64,000 nt of DNA. Origin: the human T2T-CHM13v2.0 reference genome, Homo sapiens. The notes beneath the pieces are model-generated. The model was not told the DNA's origin. It saw only the letters and a list, made by a program, of their open reading frames with translations, and searched no databases. The stretch lies in the NCBI RefSeq assembly GCF_009914755.1, contig NC_060930.1, one strand, 5' to 3'. The translations under genes and the position numbers were made by a program. Shown in pieces: positions 1 to 13,551 of the stretch; the stretch's first letter is position 1; the number at the start of each line of letters is the position of its first letter.

Positions 1-1839
1 TGTATATTAATAAACCCAAATATATTTAGTCTTTCTATAAAATGTAAGAAGACAAGAACAAATGTATATTTATGTTTAGCAATTGATGTTTCAGGTTTTT
101 AAATCTTATTTAGAAATGACCTAGACATTTAATGAATATCTGTTGTTTAACTTAACATAATATGAAGATTTCAAATTACAAGAAAAGCTTATTTATAAGC
201 ATTTATTCCATTTACATTTACCTAGTTTGTTTTTAACAATTTACCTAGATTAGTTATGAAAACTGAGATACTAGACAAAGCTTGTCATCATTTCAAGTTA
301 TTTCCTGTTAACCATTTTTATAGCCTGTGAATATCAGGCATTCATCTAAGTAAGAACCTTAAAGTTAAATATATGGGTATTTTGTCAATAACCTTGAAGA
401 TACAGCTGTCTTATTAAACCACAATATTAAATTAGTCTTATTTATCAAAGAATTGCACAAAGATCACTCTGTTTCAGGCTAGCAGAGACAAATATAAAAC
501 TATTGCACCAGTCAACCCAGGCAAAAATGTGTACTCACAATTTTGAAGATATTACTAGTTTTATTTTACCAATGATTTTTAAACCAGCTTATTTATCAAA
601 GATCTACTTAGGTCACATGAAATAGAAGACATTTAGGTTAATAGCTGTGTACTTTATATGAGCACTTGTTTAAGCAAATCTGAATAGAATTTCTTAGGGA
701 TTTCTGGCCCACTATGCCAGACTACCACGTAGATACAACGTACAACATAATACATGTACATGTGCATAAACACACCTAAAGGTATATACATACACAAAGC
801 TCTTATAGCTTTCATTTTAGAATTTTAGTCATGAGACAGTAAAATATACAAACTCACTAGTTTATAAAATATAGTTGGCTCCAAATTACATTTCTGACAA
901 AATGGGAACTGTTCACATGGCAAAAACTATTTGCCCTGATAGTCTAATGAAAGCTGTGGACCAAAATGTTGGGTTAAGCAGTTTGGTTTTAAAAGACATT
1001 TTTGTTTGTTTGTTCCAAATGAGTTTAATGTTAAATTTTTAATGTTTATGTTTTAGCTTGAACTGGCTGAATTATACAAGAAAAAAAAATCCAAGTAGCC
1101 TTGCATTAGTAAAAAATCTGTCTTGTGTTTGCAGTCTGGTTCCCTTGCACCTGACTGGTCAATGCAGGTGGGGAAACATTTTAGCAGGTTTTGGGGGGCT
1201 TTTTTCCCTTGGCTCCTGCATGACAGAAAAAGCAATGTTTATGCCAGAGATATAAAAAATTATATTACTGCTCTGAGCTCAAGATTTTGACCTGTTTGAT
1301 CTCAGATCCTAACTTTTATAAACATTTATCTAGGTCTTTCCTTTTAGACTATCAGTCTTTCAATTAACTGTTCCATCACCCTAAGCAACTGTTAGGCAAA
1401 TCTAAATTTACATTTTCAAAAAGTGTCTATGTTGTTGGCTACCATGGAGCTGTTATAATTTGTAAAACCAGTAATTTGAAAGCCCTTTAAGACTTTTTTA
1501 AAAGAACCTTGGCTGGAATATCATAAGCAGTGAGTTTTATCTCAATACCAGCAGAAGGGTCAGCAGATTGGACATAAGCAGAAAAAAAATAGAGGACTTA
1601 GAATGCTAACTCTATAGTTGTAGATTTGTTTTAGAAAGTTCAGATAATGACCACTCAGCTCTGAATTTTCCTTGGCGTAATTTGCCCATCAGTTTAAAAA
1701 TGTAATGAGAACGGGCCATAATACAGCCAGCTGGAGTCCCAGAATACCTGGCACGTCCTCATGTTTGAGAATCCCATTCCGTTTCTTATTAATCTCTTGA
1801 GAGCAAAGAAAATCCTATAAATCCTCTCAAGAGAATGTT

Positions 1840-1995
1840 GGGAGTCTGGACCAGCATTTTAGAGAGACTGTCGGGAGTCTGGACCAGCGTTTTAGAGAGA
1901 CTGTCGGGAGTCTGGACCAGCGTTTTAGAGAGACTGTCGGGAGTCTGGACCAGCGTTTTAGAGAGACTGTCGGGAGTCTGGACCAGCGTTTTAGA
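1840..1995. repeat. 33-bp minisatellite, ~4.7 copies, inside the ERV internal region
   Basis: Unit GGGAGTCTGGACCAGCGTTTTAGAGAGACTGTC read directly; explains the 11-aa-periodic ORFs at 1789-2023. Confidence 0.97.
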
Positions 1996-2468
1996 TAGTG
2001 GCAACCACTCTAGTGGCTTTTAATGAGCCATCCTGGGTCCAGCATTTAGAATGCTTGTTTTTGCTCTTAGAAGATTTCCAGAAATAAGCAAGAGAAAAGA
2101 GCCACATCAAACAAAATATTAAATTAGGTGCACAGAAAGAATCAAAAGCAAATTCACTAGAAAAGACATGCCTCAGAGACGGAATGGAGATTCTGCACTT
2201 TATACCAGAAAGGACTTGCTGGAAAAGACAAAAGGTCTTTTATCACCCCAGCAGGGATGTAAGGTCCGTTATTAAAGGTGGCCTTATCACCAAAACAAAC
2301 TCCTATGAAATCAAAAAGACTACCAAAAAGCAGTGAGGCTCTGCCTGAGAGAAGACTCACCAGGGTAGAAAAGCAAGTGGCAGATGCAGAGAGCTCAGAG
2401 GGCTCAAGTGAGAACTACACACCAGCTCTAAGAATCACCAGTTCCTTCCAATCACAATCTTTCTTCAG

Positions 2469-2486
2469 GTTCTGTTCTAGACACCA
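2469..2486 (-). promoter_or_regulatory. Degenerate retroviral primer-binding site
   Basis: Minus strand TGGTGTCTAGAACAGAAC starts after a 4-nt spacer following the LTR terminal CA; TGG complements tRNA CCA. Cognate tRNA not assigned. Confidence 0.6.
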
Positions 2487-2490
2487 CTTA

Positions 2491-2605
2491 TGTAAACCTA
2501 AACCACAAACAGAGACAGGCTCTCTAACAGAAACTGATATTTATTTGGAAGTAGGCATTGCAATGGGAATACATGTGCCATAGTAAACTATGTGCATATA
2601 TATGC
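2491..2605 (-). mobile_element. 3' part (R/U5) of an ERV1 LTR, MER34-like, truncated
   Basis: Minus strand has AATAAA then ..GAGAGCCTGTCTCTGTTTGTGGTTTAGGTTTACA, adjacent to the PBS. Confidence 0.65.
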
Positions 2606-3104
2606 AACAATGGGGAGCCAGTTAATAAGTTACTATCCGTGCCGAGGGGACAACAGCAGGATAAAATAATTCACAGTGGCTCGGGCCAGGTGTGCGGAGG
2701 CACTGGCCGCGTGGGATATCCAGGCCTTCTCTCCACTCACTCAGCACTCAGTCTTCTCAGACACTCGCAAACTGCAGAGGAATTAGCCCTCCAAGGCCCC
2801 GTGAGGCTGATTGCTGTTGACAGGTGAAAGCCTCTTCCCTCCCTGTCCCACTCACTGAGCAGCAGGAAGGCTCTGACAAGGAGCCGGCAAAGGGAAGAGA
2901 AGAGGCACCGGGGTGTGGTCCCAGTACCTTGCTACTTGCTGTCCATGGTGTCATCCCCATTGTCTTTGCCACTGGTCGCCAAGCTCTGCCTGCCTCAACG
3001 CTACACACAGCTCAGAGCATGGAGCATGGCAAGCTCATGGGGCAGCCGGTGGGGCACATGGGGCAAGTGGTGGGCCCTGGTGCTGTCCCCACCAGACTGG
3101 GGAC

Positions 3105-3463
3105 TGCAAAGGGACCCTGCAAGTGTGATTAAATTGAGGATCGGATGGTCCTGAGTTATCCAGCTGGGCCCTGATGCATCTCAAGGGTTCTCATAACAGG
3201 GAGGCAGGAGGGCCAGACAGAAACAGAGGTTGGAGTGATGCAGCCATGAGCCAAGGAAGGCCGGCTGCCTCTAGAAGCTGGAAAAGACAGGAACAGTTCT
3301 CCTCTGGACACTCCAGAAGGAACCAGCCCTGCCGACACCTTGATTTTAGCCCAGTGAGACCCATTTTGGACTCCTGACCTCCTGAACTGTATGGTAATAA
3401 ACTTGTGTTGCTTTAAGCCACGAGGTATGTAGTAATGTATTACAGCAGCCATAGCAAAAATAC
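3105..3463 (+). mobile_element. MaLR LTR, MLT1C/D-like
   Basis: Hallmark GCCTCTAGAAGCTGGAAAAG..CAGCCCTGCCGACACCTTGATTTTAGCCCAGTGAGACCC..AATAAACTTGTGTTGCTTTAAGCCA. Confidence 0.9.
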
Positions 3464-4704
3464 TGTCCAATAGGGTCCAGAAATCACAGGTGGCTGCAGA
3501 GACCAGACAAGTGGCCCCTCTGCAGGTAAATAAGGCACCTCTCTGCAAACACTCCCCTTGTCTTAGTTCCGGTCGCAGACCCTGAGTGTGGAATTGGGCT
3601 CCCGTTTCTTAGCCACTCAGCCTGACATGCTGGTCCCGGCCTGGACCTCAGCTGATGGGGAGCTCAGGTTACAGCAGGGAGGAGATGAGTGTGCTCTGTC
3701 CTTGCAGGCTCAGGTCTGGGGAAACACAGACAAGGGTGGCTGGACTGGAAGTCCATGTCGATCGGTGCCGTGCAGAGCTGGCACCCCAGCCGTCTGTGAG
3801 GTCTGTGGGTGCAGCAGGTCTTCCCGCAGCTTCCCCTCCCCCAACACCCTCCATGTCCCGACTTTGTCCATGCAACCGTTGGTCACTGCTGCCCTCCATC
3901 CTGTGGCTGAGGATTCACGGATGCCTGGACCACATGCTCTGGAGTCATGATCTACTGGCAATACTTGTCGATCTTTGCTTTGGAATTCGGGATTGAGACG
4001 GGAAGGGCTAAATTTAGCATCTGCATTCCCACATAGCAACCTCATCAGGTTCCCAGAGCCTCTAGAAGCTCCAGGTTGAGCCTCCAGGAAGGCAGCACAG
4101 CTTGGGGGACAGTACCTGGGGCCACGTCAATGAGGGAAGGCTGGGGTTTGCTTCAGACAGCACTTTGCAGGGGGTGGGGCAGGCCGCAGTGACTCGCAGC
4201 ACCATGACCTTGACCGCCCTATTTGGCTGTGCGCGTGTCTGAAAGAAGTGCTTACCCTGGGGAACCAGGAGGACTTCAGAGTCCTCTGGAGAAACCCACG
4301 GGCTCACAGCAGCCCTGCATTCCCTCCACCTGAGGCGGATCTTTGCGGTGAAGACAGGGGCAGGTCCCGAGAACCAGACTCCGGTCGTCATTCCTGCAGC
4401 TTGGAACCCACCGCAGCGGGCACGCAGGACAGCCAGCCCTGTGGGCAGAGTGCAGGTTTCACGGTGGGCAAAAGTCAACGCCCCCAGCCGCCTCTGGGTG
4501 GACGAGGGCTGCCTGGCATCAGCACAGCTGAGCATCTACTGAGGTGAACTTCCCAGGGGCGGAGAAACTGCGAACAACACAAGCCTGATTAGGAAGAAAA
4601 AACTAACTTGAAACGAGCCTTAGTACTTTTGGACGTTGAGTTGAAAGCTGGGTAGATATCTTTAGATTTTTTTCCCTGCCCACTAAAGGCCTCAGCGTGA
4701 AGCG

Positions 4705-4862
4705 GCCTTTCCCCAGGAACATCCCCAGGTCTCCCCCACGCGAGGCTCAGGCCCGGCTGTCAGCACGGGAGATTGACAGGTGATGCCGCCTTTCCCCAGG
4801 AACATCCCCAGGTCTCCCCCACGCGAGGCTCAGGCCCGGCTGTCAGCACGGGAGATTCACAG
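4705..4862. repeat. Two-copy tandem duplication, period 83 bp
   Basis: 4705-4774 and 4788-4857 are identical over 70 bp (GCCTTTCCCCAGGAACATCC..CACGGGAGATT). Confidence 0.95.
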
Positions 4863-5789
4863 CCTTGGCTGGGCTGTTGTGAGACCCTGAGGGCAGGGGA
4901 TTGCCTTGCTCATTTTCGTGTCCCCCACAAGGCTTGAGACAGTGACTTCCACACAGTGGGTATCCAACAAATATTTGATTGGGTTTTGTAAAATTCCAGT
5001 TCCCAAAATGCATCATTCTGAGAGAGTTTTTAAATCTTTCTTTTTTCCTTTTACAGATTTGGCCCAACTGAAATAATTATGTGTATGGCTCTATTTGCCT
5101 AAACAAAGGCAAAAATATGTGTCTGGTCATGAGAGATCCCAGAGCCTAGTGGACCCCAAAGGGCACCTCAGTCATTCATCTGACAACCTCCATTTCCTCC
5201 TAAGTGTGGCTACTTCCTGAGGAAAGCACAAGTGACTCCAAGGCCCACTCAGAGCACCTGATCCCAACAGCACAGGGACACCCATCTCCTTCAGAGGCCT
5301 GTGCAGCCCCAGAGCCAACCCTGTCAATATCATGGCTTCCCAGGCTGGAGCTGGTGGGAGCCACATACCAGAGGCTTGGAGGGTGAGGGCTGGCACCAAG
5401 GAAAAGTGTGGGTTGACCCCAGGGAGAGGATGGGCCCAGCTGCCCCCTGCTATGGGCATTCACTGTGACAGAAGCAACCAGCACTCACCTCCCAAGGGCC
5501 TCCACAGTGTGTGGAAATAGAACAAAGTGTAATGAATGTCTGAATTTATAGCAGAGGAACATGAAAAATTGTCTCTGTTTAAGAAGGCAGGAAACCCTTT
5601 TTACTGTTGATATCAAGTTCATTGAAGTATAACATACATCCAACAAAATTTTGCATCTTTAACAAATGGAAATACCATGGAAATACTCGTGTAACTATCA
5701 CAATTGATACACAGGTTTCTGTCCAAAAAGCTCTCTTTAGTCTGAGCTGGGGCCCAGACAACGACCATCTGCTGCTGATTCTCTTGATG

Positions 5790-6103
5790 CCTGTAGGGTC
5801 TGTTATGATGACCCTCCTCCATTCCTGGTCTTGCTAACATGTGCTCTCTCTCTTCTTGATCAGTCTAGGTTGGAGTTTATCAAGTTTGCCAGTCCCTTCA
5901 AAGAACCAACTTTTGGTTTTGCTAAATTTCTCTGTCATCTGCTCTTTATTTCATTGATTTCTGTTCTTTATTTTTTGTTAACACTTACTTTGTGTTACTT
6001 TTGCTCTTCTTTTTCTAGCATTTTAAGGTGGAACTTCAGGTCGTTGATTTTAAGCATTTCTTCTTTTGAGGATGGGCATTTAGAGCTATAAATTTCCCAC
6101 TAA
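5790..6103 (-). mobile_element. Old L1 (L1M) ORF2 fragment
   Basis: T-rich sequence with TTCAAAGAACCAACTTTTGGTTT..TTTCATTGATTTCTG..GCTATAAATTTCCC, typical of antisense L1 ORF2. Confidence 0.8.
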
Positions 6104-8089
6104 CCAAGTAGTGTTCTAAATGCTTAATTGGAATGATTAAAATTTTATAAATTTTGTAAAAGTTTTAATCTGTAAAATTTATTCAGATTCACACATTTCC
6201 TTGAAGATGCCCCTGAAGCTTCCTTCGCATAGCACTGGGGTGATGTGGCATGTTTAGGGCTGCCCTGGCCTTGTCCCGCTGGCTGTTTCTCTTGGTTTTG
6301 GGGAGCTGTGACCCAGGGATTGGTGACCGTGGGCTCACTCAGCGATGACGACAGGAAGACGGATGTTTTTCACACAAGTGCCTGAAGAGAAAATGCACAT
6401 TAATTTTTTTTTCTCTTGGATGTACAGCGTTGGTAAACCAAGTCAAGCAGAAAGGAGGTGGAAGGAAATTCCTGGCTTTCCTGGCAGCTTGTCTGTCTGG
6501 GCACTTCATGGTAGTTTGTTCACTGGCACCAGCGGACCTAGCAGGTCCCATTCATGCAAACGTTGTCTCTGCCCCCAGGCTCTCTGCAAAGCACACCAGG
6601 GTGTTTGTTTCTATACAAACTGGATTTATCCCTCTGGTCAGTCAAGCCTACTCCTTCAGATTTTAACCTGATTTGTTATGGAAAGGAGAACTGTCGAGCG
6701 GCTGCCCCTGCTGGCCTCTTCCCAATAACTTCTGAGCTTGCAGGTGGATTTCCACCGCATTTGACCTAGAGGCGGAATATTGAAGGCCTCTCCACAGGGC
6801 AGGGTCCTGCTCAGGACTGGAACGCATCCAGCCCAAGCAGAAATCTGCTGTGGACATTCCTGGGATGGGATAGGATCCAATTGAAGATTGTTACAGGACC
6901 CCAGAGGGTTAGCTCTGTGCTGGTATTGGGTACCAGTGAGCAGTGAATTTGTGAGGCCTGGTGAACCAGGCAGACTCGTGTAGAGCACAGACAAGCCTGA
7001 GAATACAGACCAGAGATATAATGGGAGCTGGGAAGTTGTGCCCACTCTGGACAGAGCTGCACCCAGGACCAGCAGACACTGAAGAAAGGAGCCCAGGGCT
7101 TCTCTGAAGCTGACAAGACTGTCCCCAAGAGAAAGGGTGCCTGGCTTCTCCTGGCCACAACATAGCCCCAGTGCAGACACAGCCAGGCCTGCCCTGTGGC
7201 TTGTGACCACAAGACGGCCTTCCTGGAGCCCAGCTGGGCCTGGAACTCAGAGCCAGGCTAGACACCTCCTCCACCCTTGCTGGCTGGCAGAGATGGGATC
7301 CTAGAGGTGTATCCAGGGTCTGGGCATAGTAGATGTTCAGTGAAAGGCAGTTGCTGCAATCATGCTGGCAATCAACGATGTAATCACCAATATCCTTTCT
7401 CCCTGAGCTATCCTCATGCTGGTGATGGTGGAGAGATTGGGGACCTCATTCTGAGGGGCCAAACCAAATGCAGGGAATACAAGGTCTGAGAGACGAACCA
7501 CATGTCACGGTAGCCAGTGGCCAGTGCACGCGAACCTGTGTATATTGACTTTGATCGGCTTTGAGGCCGAACCTTCTGGGATCCCACCTCCATGGCCGAA
7601 AGGCATCTAATTCTCCTTTGATCCTGTAAAGGGCAGTTTGATTTCTCCTGTAAACATCCACAGAAACCGGAGGCCTGAGATAGTGACACTGGAAGGTGGG
7701 CAGGCTGCTAATGAGGATTCCTGGCTGCGATTCAGCCTCAGCACGCAGCTCTGTGTGCCTGGCTGTTGTTAACTGTGCAGCGCTCTGGTTAAGCGAGGCT
7801 GGGAGTGGCACTGGCGTGTTAGTAATCCGCACTCACCAGCACCACGCGGGCTCCCCGGCCTCTGTGCCTCTCGGCAATGCCGCACCCATGGGAAGGGAGG
7901 AGAAGCTCCCGCCCACCCTCCATCTGTGCCCGTGTCAGGGCTTACGGGAACATATGCTGCCTGTTACTCACTGACCATCTGTTCACAGAGCTGATGAAGT
8001 GTCCCGGTTACCCTGGCAACGAAGCCCTTGATTGGCGGCGGCTCCACAAACATTTGCTGCTCAGGTTTCACTTTTATCTGTGCTCTGGA

Positions 8090-8480
8090 ATGGGGCTGGG
8101 TGGGGGATGCTGAGGCCTGGGGGCTGGGGATCAGCAGGCTGGGGGGTGGGCTGGAGGCTGGGGAAGCAGGCTGGGGTGGTGGGCTGAGGCTGGGAGGTCA
8201 GCAGGCTGGGGGATGGGCTGGGTACTGGGGGTCAGCAGGCTGGGGGGTGGTCTGGGGCTGGAGGAGCAGGCTGGGGGTGGTCTGAGGGCCTAGGGGTCAG
8301 CAGGCTAGGGGGTGGTCTGGGGCTGGGGGAGCAGGCTGGGAATGATCTGGGGGCTGGGGGGTCAGCAGGCTGGGAGGTGGTCTAAGGACCTGGGGGGACA
8401 GAAGGCTGAGGGATGGTCTGGGGCTGGGGGAGCAGGCTGTGGGGAGCAGGCTGGGCCTGGGGGTTCTGCAGCTGGGAGGC
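8090..8480 (+). repeat. G-rich degenerate tandem repeat (~31-bp motif GGGGCTGGGGGAGCAGGCTGGGGGGTGGTCT)
   Basis: About 10 diverged CAGCAGGCTGGGGG-like motifs and many G4-G6 runs. Confidence 0.85.
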
Positions 8481-10639
8481 CAGGCTCCCCTTCTCCATTT
8501 TCCTTTCTCACCTCTCTCCCACCTCCTTTCCCTCAGCACTCACCCACCTCCAGTCCAGCCCTTCTCCCCAAAGTTCAGAGCAGGTAGAGCTGGGAATATG
8601 GCTGACCAGTCTGAGAGCTGGGTGGGGGCTTGTTCTTGTTCACCTGGTGCCACGTTCTTGTTCACCTGGTGCCACTACCTTTTTCCCAAATTGCAGGCTG
8701 GAGTCTAAGGGCTGAGGATTCTCAGCCTCCCAGTCCAGGGCAGCAGCTGCCCAGAAGCCACCTCACGGCAGTGGACATCTGTGCCCCCGTTTTGGAGACC
8801 TGGTGTGATGAGGACACATGGGCTGCAATTAGCTGTTAGCAGGGCCGTCCATGGACCACAGTCCCAGGAAGACGTTCTGCTCAGTTGCTCCGGAAGGGAC
8901 CTAGGGTGCACTGCAATTGCTGAGGGGTGGTTGCTGCTGATCCCAGACCCCAGAGGGAGTTCCTGAGTTTTTAGCTTGAGTTGAGGAGCTGATAATGGAA
9001 GCTGCAGCAGCCCGTTCATGGCAGTCCCAAAAGGAGGCAAACCACCTCCTCTCCGCTAAGGACATCGGCCAAGTGCTGAGGCCAAAGGCCTGCAGATGAA
9101 CCCTAGTGTGAGATGGACAGGCTGAGGCACAACACTAGTGCCAAACTGAGCCTTCGTTCTTTTCTTTAGCGAGACCTGGGATTGAGCGTCACAAAGTCTA
9201 GATTCTATTTATTCCACCGTCTCACAGTCTGGTAGCACATGTCTGTGGGGAGCCCTCCTCACTCCTGTCTGAGCTTGGAATCCTGGGACTAAGAATAGCA
9301 GCGTGGCCCTGCTCTGCACAGGACTGGTGTGAGTGCCAGAATGCTGAGTCTCAGGGCATGTGGATTGCACATTCATGGCATGTGGAGGCCACGTGGGGTC
9401 TCAGACAGCACAGGTGAGGGAGCTCTGTGTCCACAGGGACCACGACATTTTATCACAAGGGGCACAGCACGCCAGCGTCCTCTCTCCCAGGAAGAGAGGC
9501 CCCGGGCTGTCTGCTGTTGGCTGAGATGATTGAGTCACTGGCCCTGCCGCACAGCTGGGGTCAGACACGGAGGCCAGGCTCTGCTCCAGGCTCTCTGGGG
9601 CCTTCTTGTCACCGGATGCTGAGCAGAAGTGGGGTGACACAGAATGCCCACACCCCACAAACTCCCTGGGAAGTCAGTGTCTCTGAAAGATTCCATCTGG
9701 GACAAACAGAAGCCATCACTTGGTTAGAGTCCGCCCATCACGGCTCTGCCTGGAATGGAGACGGCCTGGACCCAGGTGTCATCACTCTCTCTGCTCATGG
9801 CCCCCAGAATTTTGCAAAATCTGTTTTAAAAGTTTCCTTGTAAAAGTGACCCGTCCTCCGTCAGGAGCCTGGGTCTCACTGGCCATTTTAGGAGTGCAGC
9901 CTTCCCGAGCTCAGCAGAATCCCTCCGTCACAGTGAGCACGGGTGGCACTGTCCTTCCCCTTCCTGGGTCCTCCCAGGCTGGCGACCCCTCGTGGCCTTG
10001 ATTCTACCCTTTCAAAAGTCCAGCTCCCACCGGCCCCTGCAAGGCGCGCTGCGGGGTCACCACAGGTCTGTCCAGGGCACGGTCAGGCCCATGAGACCCC
10101 TTGTTCTATAGGACGCTACTCTCCTTAAAAACAGGGACTTTGTCCCTCACTGAATTGTAGTTTTCTGTATCATTCGTCATTGCAGCTTTGAAGCATCAAG
10201 AGTGTTTCCTAAATATGATTAAAATCTGGCCTTCAGACAGCTTTTGAATTAACTGACAAATGTATGTTGGGCACAAAACGGATTTAGGGACGTCTGCCCT
10301 GGGCTTTTACCAAACTCCAGCTCTTACACTTTATTATCTCACCTGAAATAAAATTGAAATTTCTTCATAATGTCTGATATATATTTTAATTTCTGGCAGA
10401 GATACATTAAAAGACCTGTTTCAAGGTTACTTGGCTAAAAAATGGAAAATGTCAGTTTTCAGCTGTACCATTTCCCATCTAGTCCAACAGTATTTAAGCT
10501 TCTCCAAACAAAAATAGAAGGAAAGCTTCCACATTTTTTTGTCAGGCCAGCATGACATTGCCACCAAAGAGACCAGCTTAAAAAAAAAAAAAAAAAAAAA
10601 AACAACTACCAACCAACCTAATGTGTCAATAACAATATA

Positions 10640-12300
10640 AAGAGGCCCAATAAAATATGAGCAAATGAAACGCAGCGGCATGTTGAGAATTACACACCAC
10701 GACTAAGGGTGGGTTGTTCTGCCCAGTGCAAGTAGCAATGACTCAGTATTGGGTCTATTAATATAAATCACCATTTAATAGAGCAAAAGAGAAAAACAGT
10801 ATGACCAGCCCTAGAAATGCTGGCAAACAGTGGATGGAAGTCAACATCCTCCTCTGTGTTTTGAAGTAGAGACTGAAATGTTCATGATAAAATGGGAAGG
10901 AATGAATAGTTCTTTTACAGGATAAATGACCTCTGCCTCATCCTGACCATTCCCTACAGCCATGAGGAGGCCAAGACACTCAGAGTTTCCAGGCTGCATT
11001 CTCTCACTGCTTTGCAGGCACATCTCATGCAATTAAGGCACAGAAACTGGGAGTGCAAAAATGAGAAAGGAGCAGAGAAAGTGATGATTACTTATAGATT
11101 ATTTTATTGTGCATCTGGATAACCCTGAAGGAGCAATTGCAAACAAATATGCAAAAATATAATTCAACAAGGTTAGCAAGAAATGTGAAAACGGCCCTGC
11201 CTCGGAGGGATGTGCACAGACGGGGCAGAAGCCAAGCAGGTATACAGACTTTCAATTTTTGCAAAGTTAGTCTCTGCACATATGATACAATCCCAGTTAA
11301 AAGGCTAACTTTTTAAAAACCAGACAGGCTAAATCTAAATTTGTGTAAGGAAATATTTAAGAATACATAAGACAAACCTAAAAGAAAAAACAAATAATAG
11401 AGAAACTATTACTATCAGATCTCAAAACATATTATAAAATTCCATTTAAAGCTATGTCCATTTAAAAATATGTTACTGGCAAATAAATAATTAGAAAGCA
11501 TAGAAATAGACCTCAAAATACTGCAAATTATAAGACAAAGACATTCAAATCATGAGGGGAAACAGGATATTCATATAATGATGTTGACTAGGTAGTCTCC
11601 TGGAAAAACTATGAAGTTGGTTCTATACTTCACCAAAATTAATTCCAAATAGAGCAAAGGTGTAACTCCCAGAAAGAAAAAAAAAAAGGAAGAAAAGAAG
11701 CAAAGAGGAGACCATGGGAGAATTTTTTATGACATTGGAGTAGGGAAGATCTAAACACAAGACAAAATCCAGAAGCCATAATAATGCTAAGAAATATGAT
11801 GACACAAAAATAAAACCTTCTGCCTAGAATGAAACACCACCATGAGTCAATTGAAAGATAATAACAAGCTGAAAAAGAAATTTGCAATTAATACCAGAAA
11901 CAGTCATTTCCAAATATTTAAATCAATAAGAAAGAGACCAGTAAGTCAATAAGTAAAAAGAAGCAAAGGATTTCAACTGAGTTCACAGAAAACAAAATAT
12001 AAGGCACTCTTAACCGCATGAAGAAAATGCTCAACCTGCTCACAAAGCCCTGCTCAGGGCCAGGGTGTGGGCAGTCAGTTCTTGTGTGTTGTGAAGGCTA
12101 CATAAAGCCCATCTCTTCGAAGAACAGAAAACTGGCCACATCCATCGCATGGCAAATGCATGTGACACCTGGTCGAGCAATTCTATTAACAATTCTATTC
12201 CTATGAATTTATTCTATGGATACAATCATGCAGACGTGAAACAACGCATGTGTGGTTACTCGCAAAGGCAGGGCCCTATAAGCTTGGAAGTGGCCGTCAA
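10640..12300 (+). mobile_element. Highly decayed L1M/L1ME ORF2-3' fragments
   Basis: A-rich sequence with remnants of L1 ORF2 motifs (CACCACGACTAAGG..; ACTATCAGATCTCAAAACATATTATAAA; CATGAAGAAAATGCTCAACC). Boundaries approximate. Confidence 0.65.
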
Positions 12301-13551
12301 TGGTAGAGCAAGTCTAGAATTTGGAAAAGGCTCACACAGCACATGGCCATTAGCTGGTTTGTGATTCCTCCTTCATCATTCATCCGTCAAGGGCGTTTCT
12401 CATTAGGCCCTGGGGGTGTACTCAGCCCTGCCAAGCAGAGCAGGCACAGATTCTCCCTCAAGAGTTCAGAGCTTCTCACCCTGGCTCTTCCCTTAAGAAT
12501 CTGGCTCCCAGGGCCACCTCCCAGGGACCCCATTGTCAGAGTGGAGGAACGGGCTTGGGCAGGTGTGACCTCCAGAATCCTCAGAGGCTTTTCCCGCTCT
12601 GGGAGTGGCTTCAGACCTGAATCATGGCAACCCAGCCCCCTCCTGATTACAGACCATCCTGGAGTGTTACCGTGGAGATGGGAGAGCCCAGACAACGGAG
12701 ATGTTCTGAGGGAATTTCCATTCCTGTCTTCAGGACATTCTGCCAGGATGCGGACCTGCTAGAAGTATGGGACACCAGTTGTCTCTTTGCTAGAAGGCCC
12801 CCGTCCCAGGTGTGCCTCCCCGCCTCACTGTCACCTCAGCACAGTCCAGCGGGGCCAGGAGAAAACCACCAAGATAGCGCAGTCCCTGGGAAGGGGTAGC
12901 TGCCAGGCCCTACACTGTGGGAAGAGGGCTCTTGGGCTCCCCCTGGGCCCTGTGGCCTGGCAGGAGCCACCAAATGACAAAACTGGTCAGGCAACCTGTT
13001 CTGTTGTCTGGAGGGCCTCAGAGCCCACACGGCTTTCTCTGTGTACAACGTGTGCTTGGGGAACACGGGCAGCTGCCCTGACAGGAGTTTCCACACACAG
13101 AGTCCCTCCAGACTTCTGTGCCTCCACCTCAGAAACGAGCCACTCTTCCAAGCCATCAGAGTGCTTTTTGGTCCTGAATCGGGCCTTGCATTTGTATGTA
13201 CCTTGGATCCGAGAGGCTGTCAGCCTAGAGAGAAGAGCAAGCTGATGAGCTGCAGGGCTGGGATGGAGAACGGACAACAGAAGTCATCACCTGACTTGCA
13301 CAACCACCTATGCTTTCTTCTTCATGTAGAATTCCCTTCCAGAGCCAGATAGAGTGAGAAGCAAGAAGAGAGCCATGTTGAACAAAATGCTGGGTCATAA
13401 GGCTGTGCCTGGCGCCTCTGGGGTGCCCTGTGAATGCTGACGGGCCCGCAGCTCTGCCTGGCCAAGGAGCAGCTCAGAAACGCCCCGAGTATGAGCTGAT
13501 TTGACACCTGGCAGCTAGGCCTGGGCTCAGAGCAGAAGGCTTGTAGGACTT

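Larger units (their letters stand above)
1..2490 (-). mobile_element. Non-coding ERV1-class (MER4-group/MER34-like) internal region, runs off the left edge of the window
   Basis: AT-rich sequence resembling MER4-group internal regions. On the minus strand it begins right after an LTR end (..TTTACA) with a PBS-like TGGTGTC.. and a leader splice donor CTG|GTGAGT (GT at 2360-2359). No retroviral ORF. Family name is from recall. Confidence 0.7.

Noticed and set aside
6405-6516. Possible + strand exon after a T-rich acceptor (AG at 6426-6427)
   Set aside because: Nearby donors are weak and I found no supported partner exon.
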